Positions 1 through 17,011 of a stretch of DNA of 64,000 bases are shown here, in pieces. The translations under genes were made by a program, and so were the position numbers. Within the stretch, counting starts at the first letter, position 1. Every line of letters begins with the position of its first letter. A model generated the notes under the pieces. The model saw nothing but the letters and a program-made list of their open reading frames with translations, did no database searches and was not told the origin of the DNA. The stretch is from Collinsella sp. (GTDB lineage: Bacteria; Actinomycetota; Coriobacteriia; Coriobacteriales; Coriobacteriaceae), in assembly GCA_019414515.1 (NCBI GenBank), contig DXLX01000036.1:49438-113437 (forward strand), given 5' to 3'.

Positions 1-802
1 CCTTGGCGGCCTTACGCAGCGCACCGGTTCCCATAGCACCGAGCTCCTCGGCACTCGCGCCGGAACCCTCGCTCTTGGCATAGGCGTTGGTGAAGGGGCT
101 CTTGAGGGCGCGCACTGGATGTCCCGTCGAGCGACCGGTCGCACGCGTCGAAGTGTCGTTGGCCTTCAGGACCATCTCTTTGTACTGCTCCGAGACGGTG
201 CACTCGTCTGCGACCAGAAAGCGCGTACCCACTTGCACGCCTTCGGCGCCCAGCATAAAGGCGGCCGCCACGCCGCGGCCGTCGGCAATACCGCCGGCGG
301 CCACAACGGGAATGTCGACCGCATCGACGACCTGCGGCACCAGTGCCATCGTCGAGGTCTCGCCAATATGGCCGCCCGATTCGGTACCCTCGGCAACAAC
401 CGCCGTGGCCCCGCGACGCGCCACGAGACGCGCCAGCGCCACCGAGGCAACGACCGGGATGACCTTGATGCCCGCCTCGTTCCACGCCTTCATGTACTTG
501 GCGGGATTGCCGGCGCCCGTCACGACGACCGGCACTCGCTCGTCAATCACGACCTGCGCGACCTCGTCGGCAAACGGGCTCATGAGCATGACGTTGACGC
601 CAAAGGGCTTATCCGTCTTGGCGCGCAGCTCATGAATCTGGTCGCGAAGCCAGTTGGCGTCGGCGTTCATGGCCGCGATGATGCCTAAGCCACCCGCCTC
701 GGACACTGCGGACGCCAGCGAGGCATCGGCAATCCAGGCCATACCGCCCTGGAACACGGGCTTTTCGATGCCGAGCAGATCGCAGAGAGGAGTCTTGAGC
801 AT
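1..802 (-). CDS. fabK: enoyl-ACP reductase II, FabK type (FMN, NMO fold); 3' end cut by window edge
   Basis: Not in ORF track because it runs off the window. Own translation from ATG at 802-800: MLKTPLCDLLGIEKPVFQGGMAWIADASLASAVSEAGGLGIIAA...AEGTESGGHIGE. Last gene of the fabH-acpP-fabK string. Confidence 0.8.
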   Translation of the reverse strand, partial: MLKTPLCDLLGIEKPVFQGGMAWIADASLASAVSEAGGLGIIAAMNADANWLRDQIHELRAKTDKPFGVNVMLMSPFADEVAQVVIDERVPVVVTGAGNPAKYMKAWNEAGIKVIPVVASVALARLVARRGATAVVAEGTESGGHIGETSTMALVPQVVDAVDIPVVAAGGIADGRGVAAAFMLGAEGVQVGTRFLVADECTVSEQYKEMVLKANDTSTRATGRSTGHPVRALKSPFTNAYAKSEGSGASAEELGAMGTGALRKAAK

Positions 803-804
803 CT

Positions 805-1041
805 CTACTTCTCCAATGCCGCCTCGACCGTATCGGCGAACTCGCCGACCGTCTTGGGGTTCTCCTCGGTATCGAGCTGGATGCCAAACTCGTCCTCGAC
901 GGCGACGAGGATCTCGACGGTGCCCAGGCTGTCGAGACCAATCTCCTCGAGCGTGGACTCGGGCTTCATCTCGACATCGTCAAGACCGGCGGTCTCGCGG
1001 ATAACGTCGCAAACGCGCTCGAAGGTCTTCTGATCTGCCAT
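805..1041 (-). CDS. acpP: acyl carrier protein
   Basis: 78 aa acidic protein with LGLDSLGTVE phosphopantetheine-serine motif; lies between fabH and fabK. Confidence 0.92.
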   Translation of the reverse strand: MADQKTFERVCDVIRETAGLDDVEMKPESTLEEIGLDSLGTVEILVAVEDEFGIQLDTEENPKTVGEFADTVEAALEK

Positions 1042-1090
1042 GGTAGTTCTCCTTTGTTTGTGCCCTAGGGGCGTTTTTTCCTATGTGCAA

Positions 1091-2050
1091 CTACTTCCAA
1101 CGAAGCAGATAGCCACCTATATCCAGGCCGGCGCCAAATCCAACGAGGGCGATGGTGTCGCCCGCATTCAGTGCGTCGGTGCGTGCCAGACGGTCAAACG
1201 CAAAGGGAATGCAGGCGCTCGAAATGTTGCCGGTCTCGCGCAGCGTTCGAACCACGCGCTCATCTGGCACGCCAAGGCGCTTGACCGCCTGACTCAGGAT
1301 TCGTTCGTTAGCCTGATGGAATACAAAATGGTCGATGTCTTCGACCGAAATGCCCGCATCGCCCGCAAGTTTATGGACCGTGTCGCAGATGGCGTTGACG
1401 CCGAACTTGAACACGCGGCGGCCATTCATGGACAGCACGCTCTTGCTATCTGCGGAAGCCTTAAACGGCGAGGTGCCGACCAGACCGGGAACGTGTAACG
1501 TCTCGACGTCGGGCGCCGTCGAAAGCTCAACGGCAAGGGGACTGTCTCCCCCAGCCCCAATCACTGCGGCGCCTGCCCCATCGCCAAAGAGCACGCAGGT
1601 GGCGCGGTCGGTCCAGTCGAGCGCGCGCGTCATCTGCTCAGCAGCAACGATAAGCACGCGCTCGGCACGACCGCGCTCGATATAGCCCTCGGCGACATCG
1701 AGCGCAAACACGAAGCCGGCACAGGCCGCCGAGACATCGAAGGCAGGGCACGCCGCTCCTAGTCGCTCAGCAACGGCACACGCCTCAGCGGGAACAAGGT
1801 GGTCACCCGTCGTCGTCGAGCAGACGATCAGATCCAGCTGGCTCGCGTCGATTCCGGACACCTGGAGTGCCCGCTCGCTCGCCGCTACGGCAAGGTCGTC
1901 AAGTGACTCGGTGGTACAGACGTGGCGGCTCTTGATACCTGTGCGGGTAAAAATCCACTCATCCGAGGTATCGAGGAACTCAGACAGCTCGTCATTGGAA
2001 ACACTGCGCTCAGGAAGCGCCGAGCCTGTTCCAAGAATCGTGAAACCCAT
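1091..2050 (-). CDS. fabH: 3-oxoacyl-ACP synthase III
   Basis: ORF 1091..2107. Start moved to Met20 (MGFTILGTGSALPER), which has AAAGGAGG 6 nt upstream. KAS III-like sequence throughout, GFGAGL near the C-terminus. Confidence 0.9.
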   Translation of the reverse strand: MGFTILGTGSALPERSVSNDELSEFLDTSDEWIFTRTGIKSRHVCTTESLDDLAVAASERALQVSGIDASQLDLIVCSTTTGDHLVPAEACAVAERLGAACPAFDVSAACAGFVFALDVAEGYIERGRAERVLIVAAEQMTRALDWTDRATCVLFGDGAGAAVIGAGGDSPLAVELSTAPDVETLHVPGLVGTSPFKASADSKSVLSMNGRRVFKFGVNAICDTVHKLAGDAGISVEDIDHFVFHQANERILSQAVKRLGVPDERVVRTLRETGNISSACIPFAFDRLARTDALNAGDTIALVGFGAGLDIGGYLLRWK

Positions 2051-2066
2051 CACTAGCCTCCTTTGA

Positions 2067-2133
2067 GTTGTTGACGTGTTTACATCGACCAAGAGAGGAT
2101 AGCGCATTTTAGTCGTTGTTGACGTGTTAACAT
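2067..2133. promoter_or_regulatory. two 19-nt direct repeats GTTGTTGACGTGTT(T/A)ACAT, 48 nt apart, in the fabH/birA divergent region
   Basis: Copies at 2067-2085 and 2115-2133, 18/19 identical. Each contains a TTGACG hexamer and a TGTT(T/A)ACA half-palindrome. Function not established. Confidence 0.3.
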
Positions 2134-2226
2134 TAAATTGTCCAAATGCGACAAAGGCTTCACATTGTGTCTATCTCTCGACACCATTACGCGATTGCCT
2201 TATTAACTTAGGAGGTAGCAACCGTT

Positions 2227-3003
2227 ATGGATGCCAAATTAACGATAGTCGACGTAACCGGATCGACCAACGATGACCTGCTCGAAGCAGGAAAACAGGG
2301 AGCGCCGCACGGCACAGGACTTGCCGCCCGGGCTCAAACAGCAGGACGCGGCCGGCGCGGGCACAAGTGGGACTCAACCGTCGGCAACTTATTGCTTTCG
2401 ATTGTCCTGCGCCCATGCGTTAATCCTGCAAAGTTCTCTGGTCTTGCCGCCGTCAGCGGCCTAGCGGTGCTTGAAGCACTCGAAAAGCAGGGTCTTGCAA
2501 ACGAGATTCGCCTTAAATGGCCCAACGACCTTGTCGCGCGAGGACGCAAGCTCGGCGGCATTCTGGTCGAGGCCGCACGCGATAACGAAGGCAAACCTTT
2601 CGCCGTCTGCGGCATTGGCGTCAATGTGAACTATGCGCCCCAAGAGGTGCCCGATGGCGGCCTGCCGGCAATCGGTCTCTCGGATCTCAACGAGAGCGTA
2701 CCTGCCGTCGACATGCTCCTCGATGAGGTCTATCACGCAGTTATAGACGCTGCAGATGCCTGGGCAGAGCGCCTCAACGCCAAGGAAGAAGATGCCGGTC
2801 CGCTCGCGCCCGTCCACGACGAATATATCGCCCACCTCAATTGGATTGGGGAGCACGTTATCGCCCGTTCCCCTGCCGGCGACGAGCTGGCACGCGGCAT
2901 CTTTAAAACCGTCGATGGCTTTGGTCGCGCGTGTATCGAAACGGAAGGCGGTTTGCGATCCTTCCATTTTGAGGAGGCATCGCTGCGTCCCGCGAGCGAA
3001 TAG
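2227..3003 (+). CDS. birA: biotin--[acetyl-CoA-carboxylase] ligase, group I (no N-terminal HTH)
   Basis: 258 aa; GRGRRGHKW biotinyl-AMP loop motif; AGGAGG 8 nt upstream of the ATG; protein begins directly with the catalytic domain. Confidence 0.85.
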   Translation: MDAKLTIVDVTGSTNDDLLEAGKQGAPHGTGLAARAQTAGRGRRGHKWDSTVGNLLLSIVLRPCVNPAKFSGLAAVSGLAVLEALEKQGLANEIRLKWPNDLVARGRKLGGILVEAARDNEGKPFAVCGIGVNVNYAPQEVPDGGLPAIGLSDLNESVPAVDMLLDEVYHAVIDAADAWAERLNAKEEDAGPLAPVHDEYIAHLNWIGEHVIARSPAGDELARGIFKTVDGFGRACIETEGGLRSFHFEEASLRPASE

Positions 3004-3063
3004 GGCGCCACAGCCAGCCGCTCGGCAGCCTTATCCGGCGGTCCAATCCCATCATGCTAAACA

Positions 3064-3100
3064 AAAGGGCCCCGCTACCGTAACGGCAGCGGGGCCCTTT
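3064..3100. terminator. bidirectional intrinsic terminator between convergent birA and rpsJ
   Basis: Perfect 13-bp stem AAAGGGCCCCGCT / AGCGGGGCCCTTT with U-runs on both strands. Confidence 0.8.
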
Positions 3101-3119
3101 AAGCTATGAGCGATATCGC

Positions 3120-3428
3120 TTAGAGCTTGATGTCGATGTCGACGCCAGCGGGGAGGTCGAGACGCATGAGCGAATCAACGGTGCCCGAGGTGGGGTCGAG
3201 GATGTCGATGAGGCGCTTGTGAGTGCGCATCTCGAACTGCTCACGGGAGTCCTTGTTCACGTGCGGCGAGCGGATAACCGTGTACAGGTTGCGCTCGGTG
3301 GGCAGGGGGACAGGACCGGAAACGCGAGCGCCGGTCTTCTGAGCGGTCTCGACGATGAGCTTCGCGGACTGATCGACGACCTCGTGATCATAGCCCTTGA
3401 GGCGAATGCGGATCTTCTGGGTAGCCAA
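3120..3428 (-). CDS. rpsJ: 30S ribosomal protein S10
   Basis: 102 aa, [22 protein letters not shown]...; follows fusA. Confidence 0.96.
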   Translation of the reverse strand: MATQKIRIRLKGYDHEVVDQSAKLIVETAQKTGARVSGPVPLPTERNLYTVIRSPHVNKDSREQFEMRTHKRLIDILDPTSGTVDSLMRLDLPAGVDIDIKL

Positions 3429-3488
3429 CTTAAACCTCCAAAGAGTGCGAGAGATGTTCTCGCGGATTACGTAACAGGGAGCTCGAAC

Positions 3489-5588
3489 TTAGGCGTTCTT
3501 GCTCATGACCTCGTCCACGATGGACTTGGGCGCGGGCTCATAAGAGTCGAACTGCATCGTGTAGGATGCACGGCCCTGGGTCTGGGAGCGAAGGTCGGTA
3601 GCGTAACCGAACATCTCGCCCAGCGGCACCTTGGCACGGATGAGCTTGGTGTTCTTGCGATCCTCCATGCCCTCGATCTTGCCGCGGCGACCGGAGAGGT
3701 TGCCCATAACGTCGCCCATGTACTGCTCGGGGGTCTCGACCTCGACAGCCATGATCGGCTCGAGCAGCTGCGGATCGGACTTCTTGAGGGCGTCCTTGAT
3801 AGCCATGGAACCGGCGATCTTGAAGGCGGCCTCGGAGGAGTCGACCTCGTGGTAAGAACCGTCGAACAGGGTGACCTTAACGTCGAGGACCGGGAAGCCG
3901 GCGATAACACCGGTGTTCAGGGCCTCCTGGATGCCCTTGTCGATGGACGGGATGTACTCCTTGGGCACGACGCCGCCGACGATAGCGTTGACGAACTCGT
4001 AGCCGAAGCCCTCCTCCATCTTCTCGAGCTTGATGACGGCATGGCCGTACTGACCGCGACCGCCGGACTGACGGACGAACTTGCCCTCAGCCTTCTCGAC
4101 GTCGTGACCAGCGGTCTCGCGGTAGGCAACCTGGGGCTTACCAACGTTAGCGTCAACCTTGAACTCACGGAGCAGACGGTCGACGATGATCTCGAGGTGC
4201 AGCTCGCCCATGCCGGCGATGATGGTCTGGCCGGTCTCGTGGTTGGTGGACACCTGGAAGGTCGGGTCCTCCTCGGCGAGCTTGGTCAGAGCCAGGGACA
4301 TCTTGTCCTGCTCGGCCTTGGTCTTGGGCTCGATGGCAACGTCGATAACGGGCTTAGCGAACTCGATCTTCTCGAGGACGATCTCCTTGCCCTCGGCGCA
4401 CAGGGTGTCGCCGGTGGTGGAGTTCTTGAAGCCGACGCAAGCGACGATGTCGCCGGCGGCAGCGTCGTCACGGTCGATACGCTCGGCGGCGTTCATCTCG
4501 AGGATGCGGCCGAGGCGCTCGCGCTGACCGTTGGAAGCGTTGACAACGTAGGAGCCGGACTCGGCGCGGCCGGAGTAAACGCGGACGTAGGTGAGCTTAC
4601 CGACGAACGGGTCGGTCATGATCTTGAAGACCAGGCCGGAGAAGGGCTCGTCGAAGGAAGGATGACGCTGGATCTCCTCGCCGGTGTCCGGATCGGTACC
4701 GGTGACGGCCTCAACGTCGAGCGGGCTGGGCAGGTAGTCGACGACAGCGTCGAGCAGCTCCTGAACGCCCTTGTTCTTGTAGGCGGAGCCCACGAAGACG
4801 AGGTTGAGCTCGTTGGCCAGAACGCCCTTGCGCAGAGCGGCCTTAAGCTCCTCGACGGTGAAGTCCTCCTCCATGAGGATCTTCTCCATGAGCTCGTCGT
4901 CAAAGCTGGCAGCAGCGTCAAGGAGCTCCTCGCGCTTGGTGGCAGCGATGTCGGCGAACTCAGCCGGGATCTCGTCCATCGGCTCGGGGTAGGTCATACC
5001 CTTCTCGTCGGCCTTGAAGTCCCATGCAGTCATGGTGACCAGGTCGATGACGCCCCAGAAGTTGTCCTCGGCGCCCATCGGGACCTGAGCGGCCACGGCG
5101 TTAGCGTCGAGACGATCCTTCATGGTCTCGATAGCGTTGAAGAAGTCAGCGCCCACGCGGTCATACTTATTGATGAAGGCGATGCGGGGGACGTTGAAGG
5201 TAGAAGCCTGACGCCAAACGGTCTCAGACTGGGGCTGAACGCCGGCAACGGCGTCGAAGACGGCGACAGCGCCATCGAGGACGCGCAGGCAGCGCTCGAC
5301 CTCGGCGGTGAAGTCAACGTGGCCCGGGGTGTCGATGATCTGGATGCGGTAGTCCTTACCGTCCTTGTTCCAGAAGCACGTGGTAGCAGCGGAGGTAATG
5401 GTTACGCCGCGCTCCTGCTCCTGAACCATCCAGTCCATGGTGGCAGCGCCCTCATGGACCTCACCGATCTTGTGGGTCTTACCGGTGTAGTAAAGAATAC
5501 GCTCGGTCGTGGTGGTCTTACCGGCATCGATGTGGGCCATGATGCCGATGTTACGGGTATCGGAAAGCTTGTACTTAGGCTTAGCCAT
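3489..5588 (-). CDS. fusA: elongation factor G
   Basis: 699 aa; [10 protein letters not shown]1 motif, DTPGHVDF; str-operon context. Confidence 0.97.
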   Translation of the reverse strand: MAKPKYKLSDTRNIGIMAHIDAGKTTTTERILYYTGKTHKIGEVHEGAATMDWMVQEQERGVTITSAATTCFWNKDGKDYRIQIIDTPGHVDFTAEVERCLRVLDGAVAVFDAVAGVQPQSETVWRQASTFNVPRIAFINKYDRVGADFFNAIETMKDRLDANAVAAQVPMGAEDNFWGVIDLVTMTAWDFKADEKGMTYPEPMDEIPAEFADIAATKREELLDAAASFDDELMEKILMEEDFTVEELKAALRKGVLANELNLVFVGSAYKNKGVQELLDAVVDYLPSPLDVEAVTGTDPDTGEEIQRHPSFDEPFSGLVFKIMTDPFVGKLTYVRVYSGRAESGSYVVNASNGQRERLGRILEMNAAERIDRDDAAAGDIVACVGFKNSTTGDTLCAEGKEIVLEKIEFAKPVIDVAIEPKTKAEQDKMSLALTKLAEEDPTFQVSTNHETGQTIIAGMGELHLEIIVDRLLREFKVDANVGKPQVAYRETAGHDVEKAEGKFVRQSGGRGQYGHAVIKLEKMEEGFGYEFVNAIVGGVVPKEYIPSIDKGIQEALNTGVIAGFPVLDVKVTLFDGSYHEVDSSEAAFKIAGSMAIKDALKKSDPQLLEPIMAVEVETPEQYMGDVMGNLSGRRGKIEGMEDRKNTKLIRAKVPLGEMFGYATDLRSQTQGRASYTMQFDSYEPAPKSIVDEVMSKNA

Positions 5589-5607
5589 GTTAGTTCCTTA
5601 CCTTAAC

Positions 5608-6081
5608 TTACCAACGATAGTGAGAGAACGCGCGGTTGGCCTCGGCCATCTTGAAGACGTCCTCACGCTTCTTGACGGAAGCGCCCAGGCCGTTGGAAGC
5701 GTCGAGGATCTCGTTGGCGAGACGCTCGGCCATGGTCTTCTCCTTGCGAGCGCGGGAGAAGTTGACGATCCAGCGGATACCCAGAGCGGTGGAACGACGG
5801 GAGTTGACCTCCATCGGGACCTGATAGGTAGCGCCACCGACACGCTTGGGCTTAACCTCGAGCGTGGGCTTGACGTTGTCCATAGCCTTCTTGAAGGTAG
5901 CGAGAGCGTCGCCACCCTCAGACTTCTCGGCAACGATCTCGAAAGCGGTGTAAACGATGCGCTCAGCGGTGGCCTTCTTGCCGTCAAGAAGGACCTTGTT
6001 GATGAGCTGAGTCACCAGGCGGTTGTTGTAAACGGCGTCAGGCTGAACCTCACGACGATTAGCTGCTGCACGACGCGGCAT
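5608..6081 (-). CDS. rpsG: 30S ribosomal protein S7
   Basis: 157 aa, [15 protein letters not shown]...; between rpsL and fusA. Confidence 0.97.
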   Translation of the reverse strand: MPRRAAANRREVQPDAVYNNRLVTQLINKVLLDGKKATAERIVYTAFEIVAEKSEGGDALATFKKAMDNVKPTLEVKPKRVGGATYQVPMEVNSRRSTALGIRWIVNFSRARKEKTMAERLANEILDASNGLGASVKKREDVFKMAEANRAFSHYRW

Positions 6082-6154
6082 GTGAAATCTCCTTAAGTGT
6101 CTACCGTGCGGCGCTTAGGCGGCACACGGCGAAAGTATCAAAACGTTATCTGGC

Positions 6155-6532
6155 TTATTTGGCCTTGGGGCGCTTAGCACCGTACTTGGAACGGGCCTGC
6201 ATACGGTTCTGGACCGGAGCAGCGTCGTAGGCGCCACGGATGACGTGATAACGGACACCAGGGAGGTCACGGACACGACCGCCGCGGACGAGCACGATGG
6301 AGTGCTCCTGCAGGTTGTGGCCCTCACCCGGGATGTAAGCAGTAACTTCGATGCCGTTGACAAGGCGAACACGGGCAACCTTACGAAGAGCCGAGTTCGG
6401 CTTCTTGGGGCTCGTGGTGAAGACGCGGGTGCACACGCCGCGCTTCTGGGAGTTGTGCTGCAGAGCAGCGTTCTTGGACTTCTTGGGCACGGAACGACGG
6501 CCCTGGCGAACCAGCTGGTTAATAGTAGGCAA
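6155..6532 (-). CDS. rpsL: 30S ribosomal protein S12
   Basis: ORF 6155..6712 trimmed to the TTG at 6532 ([11 protein letters not shown]...), preceded by GAAGGAG. Gives 125 aa, typical S12 length. Confidence 0.93.
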   Translation of the reverse strand: MPTINQLVRQGRRSVPKKSKNAALQHNSQKRGVCTRVFTTSPKKPNSALRKVARVRLVNGIEVTAYIPGEGHNLQEHSIVLVRGGRVRDLPGVRYHVIRGAYDAAPVQNRMQARSKYGAKRPKAK

Positions 6533-6626
6533 AGCGTACTCCTTCTCGAATGATTTCCAGCTTTCTGTAAAGTGCAACGGCTTGAATCGAGGGGTCAGCA
6601 TCCCCCTACGAAACACGCAGTTCGAT

Positions 6627-6655
6627 AGGATACGTGGCGTTAGCTGTGCCGTCAA
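6627..6655 (-). promoter_or_regulatory. candidate sigma-70 type promoter of rpsL-rpsG-fusA-rpsJ
   Basis: Minus strand TTGACG-17 nt-TATCCT, about 90 nt upstream of the rpsL start. Pattern match only. Confidence 0.35.
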
Positions 6656-6739
6656 CAGACCACGCCGCCGAGCGTATCCCAAAATTGGCACATTTCCGCA
6701 AAGCCTACACAAAAGGAATCCCTTTCTGTGCGCGGGGGT

Positions 6740-6878
6740 GGATTCCCGGACCGGGCGGCGCGGGGGTTAAGTTTGCTGCTCTACAGTCCTGACTCGCACG
6801 GAGAGCACATTAAGTGCTCTCCGGCTCGTGCGGAACTCGCGACAAACTTAAGCCGCCGGCCGCCCGGGCCGGGAATCC
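6740..6878. repeat. nested palindromic element, copy A (about 36-nt imperfect outer arms plus conserved 54-nt core hairpin)
   Basis: Arms 6740-6775 / 6843-6878, about 31/36 complementary. Core 6785-6838 (AGTCCTGACTCGCACGGAGAGCACATTAAGTGCTCTCCGGCTCGTGCGGAACTC) recurs at 19613-19666. Confidence 0.75.
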
Positions 6879-6905
6879 GACGTGCTCGGCGGGGCAACGC
6901 TACCC

Positions 6906-6954
6906 GCCAAAAAGGGACAGGTTTATTTTGTTCGGTTTTATCTGGTGAAACGTC
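6906..6954 (+). repeat. GGGACAGG hairpin element, copy 1
   Basis: GCCAAAAAGGGACAGGTTTATTTTGTTCGGTTTTATCTGG... The 24-nt core 6907-6930 is identical to the inverted copy at 8703-8726. Confidence 0.7.
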
Positions 6955-7015
6955 GCGCTCCAGCGGTAATCTGCTCTCATCTGACGCATGGAAATCGGCG
7001 GCGTTTCCATTTAAC

Positions 7016-7052
7016 GCAAAAGAGGCCGCTTCCCCTAGTAGGAAGCGGCCTC
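7016..7052 (-). terminator. intrinsic terminator after the sigma/anti-sigma module
   Basis: Perfect 12-bp stem GAGGCCGCTTCC / GGAAGCGGCCTC followed by TTTT on the minus strand. Confidence 0.75.
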
Positions 7053-7057
7053 AGACC

Positions 7058-7489
7058 TTACGAATAGACGATGGTAAAGGGTACTTTTGTTTCGGTCTCC
7101 CCTGTTGACGTGCACCTCGTGCCCTCAAGCGTTACTGAGACCACTTGTTCGACATCAATCAACTTCGTTGGCACCCAGATGTTCTCTCCGCTATTGCGCC
7201 CATAAGAAAAATATAAGTTGAACACCCCTGCGTCGTCATCTTCGATAATCTGCTCCGATCCATCCTTGTAGCTGACGGTCAGCTTATTATCAACTGCTTC
7301 ATAGCCCAAATCATCGATGTGCGTCTGGATGGAAAACGGGCTAATCTCAAGAGGCGAGTCACCGGAGCGGAGTTCCTTTGTATCGACGTACGCTCCAATA
7401 TTGAACTCGGGTGTCGACGCCTCAAACCGCCTCGCACTCTCACCTTCACCCTCGGTCCAGTGGATATTCCAGGTGACCGCATGTTGCAA
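7058..7489 (-). CDS. probable C-terminal continuation of the anti-sigma ectodomain (in frame behind a TGA)
   Basis: Same frame as ORF 7493..8134, separated only by TGA(7495-7493)-GAT. No ATG or convincing RBS of its own (the ORF-track start is a TTG). Beta-rich extracytoplasmic-looking sequence. Confidence 0.45.
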   Translation of the reverse strand: MQHAVTWNIHWTEGEGESARRFEASTPEFNIGAYVDTKELRSGDSPLEISPFSIQTHIDDLGYEAVDNKLTVSYKDGSEQIIEDDDAGVFNLYFSYGRNSGENIWVPTKLIDVEQVVSVTLEGTRCTSTGETETKVPFTIVYS

Positions 7490-7492
7490 ATC

Positions 7493-8134
7493 TCACTCGC
7501 GATCCATAGCGGCAAAGTACATCGTGCCATTAATGACAGTATCGCTTGATGTGTCCTTATCAATTGTGCTGCGTGTGTCAGGCCATTCCTCGCCGAACTT
7601 CATATCGGGCGTGCCGATGCCCTGTTCTTCTTCACCATAGAGAACAAGTTCGCCAATCTCTGCTGCTGGCTTGTAGTAGTTAACTCCATTTGGATTGGAC
7701 AACGTAAACGTCACGGCTCCGCAGCCGTTTTGGTCGATTGCCATCTCATGGATATCAAGCGTATAGCCGTTACCCTCGACGGACAGATTAACCTTCTGGA
7801 CTGTGCCCTCCAGGCTTTGGGGCGCGATGCCATCGCCAAACTCTCTGGTGTGGGTATATTTAGTTCCCGATGAGCCGCCGTTGGTCCAGGTAATGGAATC
7901 CCCGTTGCCGTGGTTTCCCCAGGCTGAGGCAAAATAGCTGGAATTGACAACGGCGTAGGCGACCCCTCCGGTCGCCAACACTCCGGCAAGACATCCGATA
8001 ACCGCAACATAGAGGGGCTTAGCATGACCCCTTTTGCGAAGCGGCTCGCCTTCAGCTGCATTAAGAACGCGATCTGCAAGATTGCTATCGGCTTGGATGG
8101 ACTCGAAGGCCTGCTTGATTTGATTGGATTTCAC
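7493..8134 (-). CDS. anti-sigma factor, single-pass membrane protein (N-terminal part)
   Basis: Overlaps the ECF sigma gene by 50 nt; GTG start after GAGGAGG. Short cytoplasmic N-terminus, one TM segment (PLYVAVIGCLAGVLATGGVAYAVV), then an extracytoplasmic domain. Ends at an in-frame TGA. Confidence 0.6.
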   Translation of the reverse strand: MKSNQIKQAFESIQADSNLADRVLNAAEGEPLRKRGHAKPLYVAVIGCLAGVLATGGVAYAVVNSSYFASAWGNHGNGDSITWTNGGSSGTKYTHTREFGDGIAPQSLEGTVQKVNLSVEGNGYTLDIHEMAIDQNGCGAVTFTLSNPNGVNYYKPAAEIGELVLYGEEEQGIGTPDMKFGEEWPDTRSTIDKDTSSDTVINGTMYFAAMDRE

Positions 8135-8603
8135 GGTCGCCCTCCTCTAGGATGAATTTGAGCTTCGATCGACCGCGAGCTAAACGCGTTCGAACGGTCG
8201 CGGCTGGTACATGCAACAACTCGGCAATCTCTGAGGTCGAAAAGCCTAGATAGTAATAGAGCACGATGGGAACACGGAATCGTTCCGGAAGTCGCATAAC
8301 GTCTGACAGGACCACCTTGGTCTCATCCTGCGCTGCCGAGAGTGAATCGGCCAAGTTCTCAATATCCTCTATGCGCCTCCATGGCTTTCGAAAGAGCGAT
8401 TTGCATTCATTGATCGTGACCCGAATAAGCCAGCGACGAAGATGCTCCCAACTTTCAAAGTGTCCATCGCTTTTGAGCAACTTAAGAAAGACATCTTGGG
8501 CAACATCGTCGGCATCGGCACGATCGCGTAGGTACGTCAATACGATCCGAAACACGACATCCCGGTAATCTTCGACCGCCTGTCTAAATGCTTGTTCTTC
8601 CAT
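8085..8603 (-). CDS. ECF-type RNA polymerase sigma-70 family factor
   Basis: ORF 8085..8705 trimmed to Met35 (GGGAGGTG RBS). Region 2 (DDVAQDVFLKL) and region 4 HTH (STSEIAELLHVPAATVRTRLARGR). Confidence 0.85.
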   Translation of the reverse strand: MEEQAFRQAVEDYRDVVFRIVLTYLRDRADADDVAQDVFLKLLKSDGHFESWEHLRRWLIRVTINECKSLFRKPWRRIEDIENLADSLSAAQDETKVVLSDVMRLPERFRVPIVLYYYLGFSTSEIAELLHVPAATVRTRLARGRSKLKFILEEGDREIQSNQAGLRVHPSR

Positions 8604-8683
8604 AATCACCTCCCGGTGATGCTGATGTTTCTTGCTGAGGCCCTCACCATAGATACGCTTTGACCGAACGAAATGTTTCAAAT

Positions 8684-8729
8684 TCAAGCAGGAATAACCT
8701 ACCAAAATAAACCTGTCCCTTTTTGGTAG
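8684..8729 (-). repeat. GGGACAGG hairpin element, copy 2 (inverted relative to copy 1)
   Basis: Minus strand reads TACCAAAAAGGGACAGGTTTATTTTGGTAGGTTATTCCTGC. Lies about 100 nt upstream of the sigma gene start. Confidence 0.7.
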
Positions 8730-8740
8730 GTTTTCTTCAA

Positions 8741-8776
8741 CAAAAAAGACCCGCTCCCCTGTTGGGAAGCGGGTCT
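8741..8776 (-). terminator. intrinsic terminator after rpoC
   Basis: Stem AGACCCGCT..AGCGGGTCT followed by TTTTTT on the minus strand. Confidence 0.8.
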
Positions 8777-8804
8777 TTGGAAGGACGGTTAACGTACTAG
8801 GAAA

Positions 8805-16778
<7,974 letters not shown>

Positions 16779-17011
16779 CAGGTTTTTCCTCCTTCACGGA
16801 AATGCTCGGTGGGTTGGCGAGGCATAGCTTCGCCAGTTATCGCAACCTAATAGTTTATCAGGTACCGACCGTTGGGCAAGAAAAGCCTTGACGCGATTGA
16901 GTTTTTGGAGTAGCAAAGTTTTTCGACAGAAAACACGCAGGTAGATGTATGTGTATCGAACATCTGTTCATATATTTTCTGTGAACAGAGAGCCGGCAAT
17001 CGCAGCTCTTA

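Noticed and set aside
2067-2133. BirA (bioO-type) operator because of the TGTT(T/A)ACA half-sites next to birA
   Set aside because: The two copies are direct rather than inverted. The encoded BirA also lacks the N-terminal DNA-binding domain (group I ligase).
3219-5606. 795-aa plus-strand ORF. Similar long shadow ORFs occur at 41308..42759, 43924..45255, 60352..61887, 32317..33423, 33591..34766, 34381..35421, 27920..28855, 21890..22996 and 54317..55192.
   Set aside because: All are antisense or out of frame relative to well-recognised genes (fusA, rplA/rplK, tuf, pepD, the ABC genes, esterase, GH13, cysS). All show shadow-frame composition.
6728-7108. 126-aa ORF across the rpsL upstream region. 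A similar case is the 81-aa ORFs at 19492..19757.
   Set aside because: They run through the palindromic repeat elements, start at non-ATG codons without an RBS, and have Arg/Gly/Pro-rich shadow composition.
7493-7495. Selenocysteine codon at the in-frame TGA
   Set aside because: I could not find a convincing SECIS-like stem-loop in the 50 nt downstream. An extracytoplasmic anti-sigma domain is an unlikely selenoprotein. Not formally excluded.
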